This document shows positions 48,131 to 58,483 of a stretch of 64,000 bases of DNA, one piece after another (within the stretch, counting starts at the first letter, position 1; every line of letters begins with the position of its first letter). Source of the DNA: Candidatus Aminicenantes bacterium (GTDB lineage: Bacteria; Acidobacteriota; Aminicenantia; Aminicenantales; JAFGBC01); NCBI GenBank assembly GCA_963702005.1, contig OY969696.1, positions 3,136,001 to 3,200,000 on the forward strand, written 5' to 3'. The notes below the pieces were generated by a model. That model did not search any database. It saw only the letters and a program-made list of their open reading frames with translations, and was not told where the DNA came from. The position numbers were made by a program, and so were the translations under genes.

Positions 48131-50692
48131 CTATTGCTGTTTAATATAGAGCTTGACGGTCTTGATCTCGTAAGGCTCGAGGGTCAAAGACAGCGAGGTC
48201 CCCGAGCCGAGCGACTTCCCGCCCCCGGCCGGCCGCTCGATGAGGTCGGTCTCGACGGCCTCGACCGGCCAGGGGAACTCCAGCCGGGCCTCGGTCTTTT
48301 CCCCGAAGGTCTCGTAGAGCCTGACGACGATACCGCGTTCGGCGTAACCCATCTCCTTCTTGAGCGCCGAGAGGACGACGTTATCGGGCCCGACCCGGAT
48401 GAAGGAATGGACCGGGGGGAGCGGGCCTCCGTGGACCAGGGGCGTCCGGACGATCAGGGGATTGTTGAGCTCCAAGGCCCGCCGGATCGTCCCGGCCTCC
48501 TTCCAAGTTCCCGGGTGGGGATAAAGCGAATAGAGGAGCTCATGCCGTCCCCGGTCAGCCTCCGGGTCGGGCGAGGTCGCGCCGTGGATGACGGAGAGCC
48601 TCAGGACATTGTCCTTGACGTCGAATCCGTACTTGGAATCGTTGAGGAGGCTCAGGCCGTATAAGTCGGACGCGTCCGAAAGGTCGATCCAACGCAAAGC
48701 CGGCACTTCGGTTCCGTCGGTCGGGCGGCCGACCGAACCGTAGGGAATCTCGAAGCGGGCCGTCCCGTTCCGGACGTTGGCGGGAAAAGCCGCCTTGATC
48801 ATGAGGTTGCGCTCCTGCCAGTCAAGCCGAACCCGGCAGTCGAGGCGCGCCAGGCCCCGGTAGAGGATGAGGTCCTGCTCGAACAGGGAGTTCCGGAAAG
48901 GGCTCCGGACCCGGACGACGGCCCGGACCGGCCCTTGCTCGACGACCTCGACCAGGGCGGCCGTCTCGCCGATCCTCCCGACCGTCTCCTTGAGGCCGAG
49001 CTCCCAGGCCGACATCGACTCGGGCTCATCGCGGATCGCTTCCAGGACGTTCCCGGCTCCGCCCAGGACTTCGCGGCCCGAGCGCTTGTCGATCAGGCTC
49101 GTGATCCAGCCGGAGGCCGGATCGAGGGCGACCTTGAAGATCTCGTTCTCGAGCTCGGAGGACGTCGCCCGAACGGCGGGCGCCGCCGCGCTCTCCGAGG
49201 GCGACACATGATAGAGCCGGTACCCGAAGGACGGAACGGATTCGGCGATGAAGACAATGCGGAACACCGTGAAGTGGTCCTCGGTGCGCTTGTCGAGGAC
49301 CTGGACAGGGACGTCCTTTCCTTCGCTGTCCGTGATCCGAACCGTGCCGGGCCAAGCCTGGGTGGCCTTGGCGTCGGGAGAAATAGCGACTTCGGCGAAA
49401 ACCGGGTCGGTCCTCTCCCAAAAGAGAGGGTTGGCGACGAGAAGCGGGCTTCCCGCGCCTCGCGTGTCGATCGCGTTCGAGATCGTCTCCAGCGAAAAAT
49501 CGAGCGCCCTTTGGGCCCGGGCTTGGGCCTCGGAGTAAAACTCCCGGACCTCGTCGTAGACGGGGCCGATGCTCGACCCGTCCAGGATGTCGTGGAACTG
49601 GTTGCGCAACACGATCTTCCAGGCTTCATCCAGGTCCCGCTCCGGGTAGTAATCCCGGTAGCCGGACGCGACGGCCAGGGCCGAGAACCGCTCCGCGGTC
49701 AGCAGGAGGCTTTCGGAGCGGCGGTTGTTCTTTTTGACCTCGGCCTGGGTCGTATAGCAGGCCGGAAAAGCGAAGTTCAGCTCGCGGCTGACGACGGGGA
49801 AACCCGCCGCTTGCGAAGCGATCTTCTTGAAATAGGCCTCGGGGACCACGAATTCGAGCCGGGGCTGGCTCGGGTCCGAGCGGAGCCTTTTAATGGCCCC
49901 GACATCGCTGTCGCGGGGGCCGCCGCCGTGATCTCCCGCGCCGTAAAGGAGCATGAAGTCTTTGACGGGCGTGTTTCGCGAGGCGTCTCCAAGGATGTCC
50001 CGGACGCCGTCCTTGAGGTCGACCAGATACCAGCCCGGAGGCACATAGCCCAGGACCCGAGACCCGTCTTGGCCCTCCCACCAGAAGAAGTGAGTGGGCC
50101 GGGGATCCGGAGGGCAACGCTCGAAGACGTAGGAATCGAGGCCGGCCCTTTTAAAAATCTGGGGCAGCTGCCAGTTATGGCCGAACGAATCGGGATTCCA
50201 GCCGACCTTGACATCGATCCCGAACTTGTCCAGGAAATAGCGTTTCCCGTAGAGAAGCTGGCGGGCCAGGGATTCGCCGTCGGGCATGTTAAGGTCGGGC
50301 TCGACCCACATTCCGCCGACGGGCGCCCAGGTCCCTTCCTTGATCTTGGCGGCGATGCGGCGGAAGAGCTCGGGATCCGTCCTTTCGACGGCCTCATAGA
50401 TCGCGGCCTGGCTCTGGGCGAAGGTCAGTCCGGGAAGCTTGTCCATCTGGCCCAGCGTCCCCTGGAAGGTGTGGGTCGCGATGTCGGCAACCGTTTCTTC
50501 CCAGCGCCAAAGCCAGCTCAGGTCGATATGGGCATGGCCGACGAGATGAGCCGTGTAGGAACGGGGATTAACCAGGGCGGGGGGAGTTTTTGCCGCCTTC
50601 TCGTCCTGTCCGGCCCCGAGGGGGGTCAGGACGGTTAGGACGGCGGCCAAGACCGCGCAGAAAGAGAAGATTATCGGATTGCGGGGCTTCAT
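48131..50692 (-). CDS. Alpha-mannosidase, GH38
   Basis: GHAHIDLSWLW, GGMWVEPDLN, PDSFGH, GDHGGGP, NQFHDIL. Confidence 0.95.
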   Translation of the reverse strand: MKPRNPIIFSFCAVLAAVLTVLTPLGAGQDEKAAKTPPALVNPRSYTAHLVGHAHIDLSWLWRWEETVADIATHTFQGTLGQMDKLPGLTFAQSQAAIYEAVERTDPELFRRIAAKIKEGTWAPVGGMWVEPDLNMPDGESLARQLLYGKRYFLDKFGIDVKVGWNPDSFGHNWQLPQIFKRAGLDSYVFERCPPDPRPTHFFWWEGQDGSRVLGYVPPGWYLVDLKDGVRDILGDASRNTPVKDFMLLYGAGDHGGGPRDSDVGAIKRLRSDPSQPRLEFVVPEAYFKKIASQAAGFPVVSRELNFAFPACYTTQAEVKKNNRRSESLLLTAERFSALAVASGYRDYYPERDLDEAWKIVLRNQFHDILDGSSIGPVYDEVREFYSEAQARAQRALDFSLETISNAIDTRGAGSPLLVANPLFWERTDPVFAEVAISPDAKATQAWPGTVRITDSEGKDVPVQVLDKRTEDHFTVFRIVFIAESVPSFGYRLYHVSPSESAAAPAVRATSSELENEIFKVALDPASGWITSLIDKRSGREVLGGAGNVLEAIRDEPESMSAWELGLKETVGRIGETAALVEVVEQGPVRAVVRVRSPFRNSLFEQDLILYRGLARLDCRVRLDWQERNLMIKAAFPANVRNGTARFEIPYGSVGRPTDGTEVPALRWIDLSDASDLYGLSLLNDSKYGFDVKDNVLRLSVIHGATSPDPEADRGRHELLYSLYPHPGTWKEAGTIRRALELNNPLIVRTPLVHGGPLPPVHSFIRVGPDNVVLSALKKEMGYAERGIVVRLYETFGEKTEARLEFPWPVEAVETDLIERPAGGGKSLGSGTSLSLTLEPYEIKTVKLYIKQQ

Positions 50693-50766
50693 GGCAGAGC
50701 CTCCTTGGAAGGAATCGGTTCAGGCCGGACCATATCCCGATTATACTCTGAATCCCCCGGCCCGCT

Positions 50767-53700
50767 TCAACAGGTCGTGACGGCGAGGCCTTCGTCGCTG
50801 ACGCGGAAATCGAAGAAGCGGGCACGGTCGTTGGGCGGTTCCCCGTCCAGGCCGGCGCGGATGGAAGCGGCGTCGGCGGCCGACTTAGCTATGAACAGCA
50901 GGAATCCCCCGCCGCCGGCGCCGAGAATGGTAGCGCCGTGGGAGCGGGACCGAGTCCGGTCCAGAATCCTTTCGATGACGTCGTTGGTCGAATCAGGGTC
51001 GATCTCCTTTTTGAGCGCCCAGGCCGCCTCGATGAGTTCGCCGAAACGGGCAATGTCCTTGGCGGCCATGGCCTCGACCATCCGGGGCGGAAATCCGTGT
51101 ATCTCGCGGAGGACGGCCAGCCCGGTCCGATCGCGGTCCAGGTAGCGGCCGACGACTTCATGGAGGATGTTCTTGGCGAGCCGGCGCAGGCCCGTATAGT
51201 AGAGCAGAGTCCGGCCGCCGTTCAGGACCGGATCCAGGACGTCGGGAGGAACGAAATGGAGGCGGGGGTCGGGGACCATGCCCGGCCCGGTCGTGATCAT
51301 CTTGACGCTTCCGACCGCGCCCCCGACCTGGTCTTGCCAGCCGCCCCCGGTCGTCAGCTCCTGCTCGAGCCTGAGGACCTCATGAAAAAGTTCCCGGGAG
51401 GTCAGGCTCCGCCCGATCATCCGCCGGATGACCGCGATCAGGACGGCCCCCATGATGCTCGAGGTTCCCAGTCCGCTCCCGCTCGGGATGGCGGCCAGGG
51501 TCGTTATTTCGATGCCGCCTCCGAACAGGCGGAGCATGCCGTCCAGTCCGCGGGCCGACGCGGGCCAATCCGACGCGTCGGGGGCGAATCCGGAAAGGGC
51601 CAGCGCCGCCTTGGCCAAGCCGAACGCGCTGGTCGGCTTCCGGTAGTCGAGAAGCTCGTCGAGACCGCGGATGACGATCCGCTGGCCGTGGTCGATCGAT
51701 CCGATCCGGATCTCCGTTTCGGGAATGACGCGGGCGTAGGCGTGGATGGGAGGCTGCCCGTTGAGCGTCACGGCCGCATTGAGGACGCATCCGCCGTTCT
51801 CCAGCGTATAGGGCGGCGTATCCGACCAGCCGCCGCAGAGGTCGAGGCGTGCCGGCGCCCGGCCCCAGATAATTTCATCGGAGCGGAGGGCGCTCCGCGG
51901 AGGCCCGGTCCGCTTGTCCCTGCTGAGTACGATGGCGCGGCTCATATTCTCGAAAGCCGCCTCCCGGGCCGAAGCCCCCCAAGCGGAGGGAGTCGGCGAT
52001 CCCTCGAACGCCAGCCCCAGCGAGACGAGCCAAGCCTTCTCGGCCTCGGTCAGGCCGGCCCCAACGTCCGCGAGGAAGGCTGCTCCGCCCGGAGCGTTTC
52101 GGAACGCTGCCAGGACCGCCGATCCCGCCGTATGAAGGATCCTGGACAGTTCGAGCCGCTCGACGTCGGTCCGGCGCTCTTCGCCCCCGAAATGGCGGAA
52201 GGCCGCCTTCAGCAGCTCTCGGAACCAGCCGCTGCGCTCCTCGGGGGGCAGGTTGGCGAGGATCCAGGCCAACTCGAGAGCGGAAAACCCGCTATCGGGC
52301 CTGAAGATGCGGTCCAGGGAGCGCCGCAGCCCCTCCGATCTCGCCACCAGCCGCCGGGCGTGAAAATCCTTCTGGGAGACGAGAAGGGCCATCTCGGAGA
52401 AACTGAAGCGGTCCGCGGAGCGCCAGGCTTTCTTTTGCTCCGGGGTTGCGCCGGACGGATCGAACATCCACAGCCATTCCCGGAAATCGGCGTGGCTGAG
52501 GACGGCCGGAAAGAAACGGCCGTTCCAGACCTGGCGCTCGGCGTCCGGAATGGCCGGGTCCCAGACATCTCGGACGGAGGCGTCCAAGGCGGTCAGCCAT
52601 TCTTCAAGGAGGAGGCCGGCCAGACGGGCACCGGCCGCGGCGGGAACATGGAGGACGTCGTTCGTGCCGTAGGCGCGCACGAACCAGACCTGATCCCCAT
52701 TCCGGTCGCGGCCCGGAAGGATATCCAGGACGGCCTTCTCGGGAAGCTCGAGATCTTCATCCACATCAACGCCGCAGACAACGTCGTCCCCGCCCAAGCG
52801 GAGGGACGCCCGGACCCGGCAGCCCTCGACCCAGGAGTTGGAACCAACGACCTCTCCTCCGTTCCGGATGTCGGTGTTGACGGCGAGGCAGGTCTGGCCG
52901 GCCGAGAGCGCGCCGTCGCGGCGGAGAAGGTCCAGGCCGCTGGTGATGAGCTGGCGCGGCGTCCCGAAATGAAGGAATCCGCAGCGGGGCAGAAGCTCGA
53001 CCGAAAAAGGGACGCGGGACATGATATCGAAGATACGCTCCAGGACGGGCGTCTCGAGGCGGGCGCCGCAAGCCCGGACGGCCCGGATGTAGTCCCCGCG
53101 GTTCGCCTCCGTTCCCATGGCGCAGCAGACCTCACGGTAAAAATCGAGCCCGTCGGCTTCGATCGCCCGGGCAGCGGGTCCGCCCCAGACGAGGACGCCC
53201 GACGGATGGGCTTCGACGTCGCAGAGCCCGATAAGCGCGACGGCCGCCGCCGCATCAAGGCTCATGACGCCGATATCGAGGACGGACTGGCCGTGGCGTT
53301 GGATGGCCCGCTTGGCCTCTTGCTCGGCGGGGCTAGGCTTCTGAAGGAAAAGCCTTACGTGCCTGCCGTCCGGGTCGAGGCAGAAGACGCCGTGGCGGCT
53401 GGCTAAATCGGGCGATGCGTAGCAGCCCAGCCCCGTCGTCCCCGCGCGGGACAAGTCGACCAGGGCCGCGTCGAAATCGAGGAGGACGTCTCCGCTGGTG
53501 ACGACGACCTGGCCCCGGCCGGACTCGCCGGCCGGAAGGCTCAGGTAGACGGGAAGCAGCCTATCGAGAAGCGTCAGCCCCAGGGCCCGGTCCGACTCGC
53601 CCGGTACGGGTATAAAGATTTTTCCACAGGCTCCATAGGCCGGGATCCGCTTGGAATCCCCCCCGGCATGAACGATCAAGATCCGGAGGCGCCGAAGAGT

Positions 53701-53955
53701 CTCAAGCCAGGCGGCGGGATCGAGCCGCCGAGCATCCGAGAGGACGATCTCACGGCCCAGGATTTCCAGGAGGCAGTGGATTGTGCTCCCGCCGCTCCCC
53801 ACCCTCCGTCCGTCCGGATCGGGTACGGCCAGGACCCGGGTCGTGCCCGGGATGAAGCCGAGCTCTTGCCGGAGCCGAAGCTCTTCGCGGTAGGCCGAGG
53901 CTTGGCGCTCGTTCGCGGCCGTGACGAGGAGATAGTCCCAGGCGCCGGTCCTCAC
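50767..53955 (-). CDS. fkp: Bifunctional L-fucokinase / GDP-L-fucose pyrophosphorylase-like
   Basis: RVGSGGST, HAGG.SKR.P; GHMP motifs PARLDL.GGWSDTPP, PSGSGLGTSS, GGGWQDQ, GAGGGG. Confidence 0.88.
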   Translation of the reverse strand: MRTGAWDYLLVTAANERQASAYREELRLRQELGFIPGTTRVLAVPDPDGRRVGSGGSTIHCLLEILGREIVLSDARRLDPAAWLETLRRLRILIVHAGGDSKRIPAYGACGKIFIPVPGESDRALGLTLLDRLLPVYLSLPAGESGRGQVVVTSGDVLLDFDAALVDLSRAGTTGLGCYASPDLASRHGVFCLDPDGRHVRLFLQKPSPAEQEAKRAIQRHGQSVLDIGVMSLDAAAAVALIGLCDVEAHPSGVLVWGGPAARAIEADGLDFYREVCCAMGTEANRGDYIRAVRACGARLETPVLERIFDIMSRVPFSVELLPRCGFLHFGTPRQLITSGLDLLRRDGALSAGQTCLAVNTDIRNGGEVVGSNSWVEGCRVRASLRLGGDDVVCGVDVDEDLELPEKAVLDILPGRDRNGDQVWFVRAYGTNDVLHVPAAAGARLAGLLLEEWLTALDASVRDVWDPAIPDAERQVWNGRFFPAVLSHADFREWLWMFDPSGATPEQKKAWRSADRFSFSEMALLVSQKDFHARRLVARSEGLRRSLDRIFRPDSGFSALELAWILANLPPEERSGWFRELLKAAFRHFGGEERRTDVERLELSRILHTAGSAVLAAFRNAPGGAAFLADVGAGLTEAEKAWLVSLGLAFEGSPTPSAWGASAREAAFENMSRAIVLSRDKRTGPPRSALRSDEIIWGRAPARLDLCGGWSDTPPYTLENGGCVLNAAVTLNGQPPIHAYARVIPETEIRIGSIDHGQRIVIRGLDELLDYRKPTSAFGLAKAALALSGFAPDASDWPASARGLDGMLRLFGGGIEITTLAAIPSGSGLGTSSIMGAVLIAVIRRMIGRSLTSRELFHEVLRLEQELTTGGGWQDQVGGAVGSVKMITTGPGMVPDPRLHFVPPDVLDPVLNGGRTLLYYTGLRRLAKNILHEVVGRYLDRDRTGLAVLREIHGFPPRMVEAMAAKDIARFGELIEAAWALKKEIDPDSTNDVIERILDRTRSRSHGATILGAGGGGFLLFIAKSAADAASIRAGLDGEPPNDRARFFDFRVSDEGLAVTTC

Positions 53956-54917
53956 TTGCGGGGGGCCTCGACCTGGGACTTGATCCAGGGGTAGGTCCGG
54001 GACAGCCCGTCCCGGAGGGAAAACCGGGAATTCCAGCCGACGGCGGCGATCCGGTCGGCCCGGAAATTGCGGGCCTTGACGCCGACCGGACCTTCAATAT
54101 GCTTGACGGAAACGGTCTTCCCGGCGATCGAGGCGATCGTCCGGACGAGATCGTTGACCGATACGTACTCGCGGCGTCCGATGTTGACGCCGTCCTCAAG
54201 GTCCGAACCCATGAGCAGGATGATGCCGTCAAGGAGGTCGTCGATATAGGTGTAGGCCCGCATGGCCGTTCCGTCCCCCCAGATCTCGATCGTCCCGCCG
54301 TCCTCGACCTCGGCGATTTTGCGGCAGAGCGCGGCGGGCGCCTTTTCGCGGCCGCCCCGCCAGGTCCCCTCGGGACCGTAGGTATTCTGGAAGCGAGCGA
54401 TCCGGACAATCATGCCGGTGCGCCGCCCATAGGCCATCGCCATGCGCTCGGCGTAGAGCTTTTCCCAGCCGTACTCGTTGTCGGGTAGCGCAGGGTAGGC
54501 TTCCGCCTCGCCGAGCTCGGGTTCGTCGGGCCGCATATCCCGGTAGACGCAGGCCGAAGAGGAAAAGAAGTAGCGTTTGGTACCGGCGTTCGCCGCGGCC
54601 TGTGTCATATGGATGTTGATCAGGGCGCTGTTCCGCATGATCTCGCACTCGGCGGCGTGGATGAATCCCATCCCGCCCATGTCGGCGGCGAGCTGGTAGA
54701 CTTCGTCGAATCGTCCGCCCCGGGGCGCCGCCAAGGCGGCGCGACAGTTCGATTCCTCCCGGAGGTCGAGGAGGAGAAACTCATCGGCCGCCGTCGCGGA
54801 GAATTCGGGCCGCTTGATGTCCGCGCCGCGGACCCAAGCCCCGTCTTTCTTGAGACGCTTGACAAGGTGACTTCCGATGAATCCGCCCGCTCCGCAAACA
54901 AGCGCGTTCTTGCTCAT
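53952..54917 (-). CDS. NAD-dependent epimerase, GDP-mannose 3,5-epimerase-like
   Basis: GAGGFIG, LAADMGGMGFI, SSSACVY, YGWEK, GGREKAPAA.CRK. Confidence 0.88.
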   Translation of the reverse strand: MSKNALVCGAGGFIGSHLVKRLKKDGAWVRGADIKRPEFSATAADEFLLLDLREESNCRAALAAPRGGRFDEVYQLAADMGGMGFIHAAECEIMRNSALINIHMTQAAANAGTKRYFFSSSACVYRDMRPDEPELGEAEAYPALPDNEYGWEKLYAERMAMAYGRRTGMIVRIARFQNTYGPEGTWRGGREKAPAALCRKIAEVEDGGTIEIWGDGTAMRAYTYIDDLLDGIILLMGSDLEDGVNIGRREYVSVNDLVRTIASIAGKTVSVKHIEGPVGVKARNFRADRIAAVGWNSRFSLRDGLSRTYPWIKSQVEAPRK

Positions 54918-54988
54918 GCTTGCAACCTTCCGTCAGGGATGAATGCGGAAGGTTTTATACCACAGACGAGGGGCGAGTTCAATAAAGC

Positions 54989-55441
54989 TCATCTCAGCTG
55001 AGAGGTGCACTGGGGACAGCGCCTGGCCTTGAGGGCGATGACGGACAGACAGAAAGGGCACTCCTTGGTGTCGGCCGGGGGCGCCGCGGGGGCCTCCTGC
55101 TTCCGGCGCAGCCGGTTCACGCTCTTGATGACTAGGAATAGGGCAAAGGCAACGATCAGCAGGCTGATGATTTTGTTGACGAACAGGCCGTAATTGAAGG
55201 TCACGGCGCCCGCCGCCTGGGCCTGGGCGAGCGAGGCGTAGGGTCCGGCGATTTTGCCCGCAGCCAGGGTGACATAGAGGTTGCTGAAATCGACGTTGCC
55301 GAGGAGGAGCCCGATCGGCGGCATCAGGATGTCCGCTACGAGCGACTGGACGACGACGCCGAAGGCCGCGCCCAGGATGATGCCGACGGCCATGTCGATG
55401 ACGTTCCCCCTCATCGCGAATTCCCGAAATTCCTTAAGCAT
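54989..55441 (-). CDS. mscL: Large-conductance mechanosensitive channel
   Basis: [20 protein letters not shown]; C-terminal CPFC..CPQC extension. Confidence 0.93.
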   Translation of the reverse strand: MLKEFREFAMRGNVIDMAVGIILGAAFGVVVQSLVADILMPPIGLLLGNVDFSNLYVTLAAGKIAGPYASLAQAQAAGAVTFNYGLFVNKIISLLIVAFALFLVIKSVNRLRRKQEAPAAPPADTKECPFCLSVIALKARRCPQCTSQLR

Positions 55442-55637
55442 GACGGTCTCCTTTTTTCAAAGTTGGTTATCAGGCGACTATTGTAAATATAGACCTATCC
55501 AATGTCGGAAGTCCATCCTCAGAAGTTGCCCAGGTCGTCGACGGCCTTCGGTCAGCGGTTCCGGGCTTGCGCCGGGGGTGGCCTTCCACTATATTAATAG
55601 GCTCGATCCTAGAAGGAATCTTAGAGAGGAAACGCCC

Positions 55638-56552
55638 ATGTCGAACAGCCGCCTGCGAAGATATTTGATAATGCCGGCCCTGTGCCTCTCGCTGCTGGGC
55701 ATCGGCCGGGCTCGGCTCTCCGCCCAGGACCTGCCGGGCAAGGTCGTCACGACCGGATGGCTGGCCGCGAACCTCAATGCCGCCGACCTCCGGGTCCTGG
55801 ACCTGCGGACCGACATCCGCGACTACTGGGAATCCCATATCCCGGGCGCGGTCTATATCGATCCGATGGTCTTCCGCTGGACGGAAAAGGCCGTCCCCGG
55901 CAAGTTCATGCCCGCCCAAGCTTTCGCCATGCTCCTCGGCGAGCTGGGGATCAAGGAAACGACCAAGGTCGTGATCTACTCGGAGAGGAACAACTACAAG
56001 GCCACCTACTTGATCTGGGCCCTCGATTATATCGGTCACCAGAACGCCGCCCTGCTCGACCGCGGTTTCGACAATTGGCGCAAGGAAGGCCGGGCAACGA
56101 CCCAGGATTATCCTTCGATCTCTCCCCTGCCCTACCGCTTGCCGGCCTCGCTTAACGAAGATGTCCGGGCGACCCTGGACGACGTCCGGAAAGCCCTCGA
56201 CGGAAGCGCCGTCCTCATCGACGCCCGGCCGGCCGAGTTGTTCTCGGGGGATAAGGGAACCTGGAAACGGAAAGGCCACATCAAGGGCGCCCGGAACCGG
56301 GGCTGGGCGGCCGACCTCAACGAGGACGGTTCCTGGAGGCTTCCGGACGAGATCCGGCAGGCCTACGAGGGCCTGGGCGCGACGTCCGACAAGCTCATCA
56401 TCGTCTATTGCGGCCAGGGCCAGATGGCCTCTATGACCTATGTGACCCTCAAGTATGTTCTCGGCTTTCCCCGGGTCCGGCTCTATGACGGAAGCTACAG
56501 CGAATGGTCCAGCCGCGCCGACCTTCCGGTCGAAGCCGGGCCGGACCGCTGA
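55638..56552 (+). CDS. Exported tandem-rhodanese sulfurtransferase
   Basis: HIPGA, GHIKGA, YCGQG, LYDGSYSEW; signal peptide. Confidence 0.88.
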   Translation: MSNSRLRRYLIMPALCLSLLGIGRARLSAQDLPGKVVTTGWLAANLNAADLRVLDLRTDIRDYWESHIPGAVYIDPMVFRWTEKAVPGKFMPAQAFAMLLGELGIKETTKVVIYSERNNYKATYLIWALDYIGHQNAALLDRGFDNWRKEGRATTQDYPSISPLPYRLPASLNEDVRATLDDVRKALDGSAVLIDARPAELFSGDKGTWKRKGHIKGARNRGWAADLNEDGSWRLPDEIRQAYEGLGATSDKLIIVYCGQGQMASMTYVTLKYVLGFPRVRLYDGSYSEWSSRADLPVEAGPDR

Positions 56553-56573
56553 TCGTTCCGGGGATCGGCGGCC

Positions 56574-57584
56574 ATGGATGCCATCCGCGTCGAAAACCTC
56601 ACCAAGAGGTTCGACGACGTCACGGCCGTCGACGGGGTATCGTTCAGCGTCCCGGTCGGGGAGCTGTTCGGCTTGCTCGGCCCGAACGGGGCCGGCAAGA
56701 CGACCATCATCAACATGCTCTCGACCCTGCTGGCGCCGACCTCGGGCCGGGCCGAGGTCGCCGGCTATGACGTCGCCGCCCGCAAGGACGAGGTCCGGCG
56801 CAGCATCGGGATCGTCTTCCAGGAGCCGGCCCTGGAGAATAAGCTGACCGGCCGGGAGAACCTCGAGTTCCACGCCATGATGTACGGGATCGGCAAGGCC
56901 GAGCGGCGGGACCGGATGGCCGAAGTCCTCGACCTGGTCGAGCTCGGCGATAAGGCCGGAACCCTGGTCGAGAAGTATTCGGGCGGCATGAAGCGCCGCC
57001 TCGAGATCGCCCGCGGCCTCATGCACCGTCCCCGCGTCCTCTTCCTCGACGAACCGACCCTCGGCCTCGACGCCCAAACCCGCCGGCACATCTGGGACTA
57101 TATCCGGAAGCTGAACAGGGAGGGCGGCGTCACCATCATCCTGACCACTCATTACATGGAGGAGGCCGATTATCTCTGCGGCCGGACCGCCATCATCGAC
57201 CACGGCAAGTTCGTGGCCCTCGACGCGCCGGATCGGCTCAAGGACATCCTGGGCGGCGACGTCGTCTCGCTGGAGATCGAAGGCGATCCGTCCCGCCTCG
57301 TCGAAGCTCTCGACCGGACGCCCTGGATCAAGACCTCCAAGCGGCACGACGGAGTCCTGAGCCTGACCATGGAGAAGGGCGAGCGCCGTATCCCGGAGCT
57401 TATCAACAAAGCCCAGGCCCTGGGCCTGACGGTCGCCTGCGTACACCTCCACAAGCCGAGCCTCGAGGACGTTTTCATCCACTTCACGGGGCGAACCATC
57501 CGCGACAAGGAAGGGGGGGTCGAGGAACGGAATCGGATGATCATGCGGAGCCACCGCCGAGAGCCGCGCGGAGGACGATCGTGA
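56574..57584 (+). CDS. ABC-2 (DrrA-like) ATP-binding protein
   Basis: GPNGAGKT, YSGGMKRR, LFLDEPT. Confidence 0.95.
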   Translation: MDAIRVENLTKRFDDVTAVDGVSFSVPVGELFGLLGPNGAGKTTIINMLSTLLAPTSGRAEVAGYDVAARKDEVRRSIGIVFQEPALENKLTGRENLEFHAMMYGIGKAERRDRMAEVLDLVELGDKAGTLVEKYSGGMKRRLEIARGLMHRPRVLFLDEPTLGLDAQTRRHIWDYIRKLNREGGVTIILTTHYMEEADYLCGRTAIIDHGKFVALDAPDRLKDILGGDVVSLEIEGDPSRLVEALDRTPWIKTSKRHDGVLSLTMEKGERRIPELINKAQALGLTVACVHLHKPSLEDVFIHFTGRTIRDKEGGVEERNRMIMRSHRREPRGGRS

Positions 57585-58345
57585 CCGGCGCCACCGCCGT
57601 CTACGTCCTCTGGCTCCGGGAGATGAAGCGCTTCCTCCGGGCCAAATCCCGGATCGTCGGCGCCCTGGCCATGCCCCTGTTCTTCCTGGCCTTCCTGGGG
57701 ATGGGGTTCAACCGCATGGCCATCCCAGGGTTGGGCGGCGGCGTCCGCTACATCCAATTCCTCGTGCCCGGAATTCTCGGGATGAGCCTGCTCTTTTCCT
57801 CGACGATGGCCGGGCTGTCCGTTCTCTGGGACCGCGAGTTCGGGTTTCTCAAGGAAATCATGGTCGCGCCGGTCAGCCGGGTCTCGATCGTCATGGGCCG
57901 GATCGCCGGGGGGATGACGACGGCCCTCATCCAGAGCGTCCTCATCCTGGCGATTTCGTTCCTCCTGGGGTTCAAGGTCCTCAGCCCGGTCAAGCTCCTG
58001 CTCGGCCTCATGTTCATGCTTCTCATCGCCGTGACCTTCATCGGATTCGGCCTCATCTTCGCCTCCAGGATGCGGGACATGCAGGGGTTCAGCATCGTCA
58101 TGAATTTCGTCATCTTCCCCCTGTTCTTCCTGTCGGGCGCCCTCTATCCTCTGGCCAACCTCCCCCGCGCCGTCAGGATTCTCGGCTACGCCGACCCGCT
58201 GACCTACGGCATCGACGGGCTGAGGGGGACGCTGGCCGGCGTATCGTCCTTCCCGGTCGCCCTGGACTTGGCGCTCATGGCGGGATTTTCGGTGGTGATG
58301 ATCGTCCTGGGCGCCTACTTCTTCGAGACGAGCAAGAGCGTCTAA
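57581..58345 (+). CDS. ABC-2 (DrrB-like) permease
   Basis: DREFGFLKE..APV, PLFFLSGALYP, PLTY.IDGLR. Confidence 0.92.
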   Translation: MTGATAVYVLWLREMKRFLRAKSRIVGALAMPLFFLAFLGMGFNRMAIPGLGGGVRYIQFLVPGILGMSLLFSSTMAGLSVLWDREFGFLKEIMVAPVSRVSIVMGRIAGGMTTALIQSVLILAISFLLGFKVLSPVKLLLGLMFMLLIAVTFIGFGLIFASRMRDMQGFSIVMNFVIFPLFFLSGALYPLANLPRAVRILGYADPLTYGIDGLRGTLAGVSSFPVALDLALMAGFSVVMIVLGAYFFETSKSV

Positions 58346-58483
58346 ACAGATCCCTTCGCATCGCGGCCTCCGCTCAAGGCCGCCGAGCTTGACAAACGCC
58401 GATTCCCTTCCTATCCTTTAATATAGCCGCGTGGCAACTCGCTTGCTCTTCGAACCGCCGGCCTAATAAATAAGGAGGGAGAG

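Noticed and set aside
54989-55070. Zinc-ribbon tail on MscL
   Set aside because: A known, common variant in anaerobic lineages; not novel.
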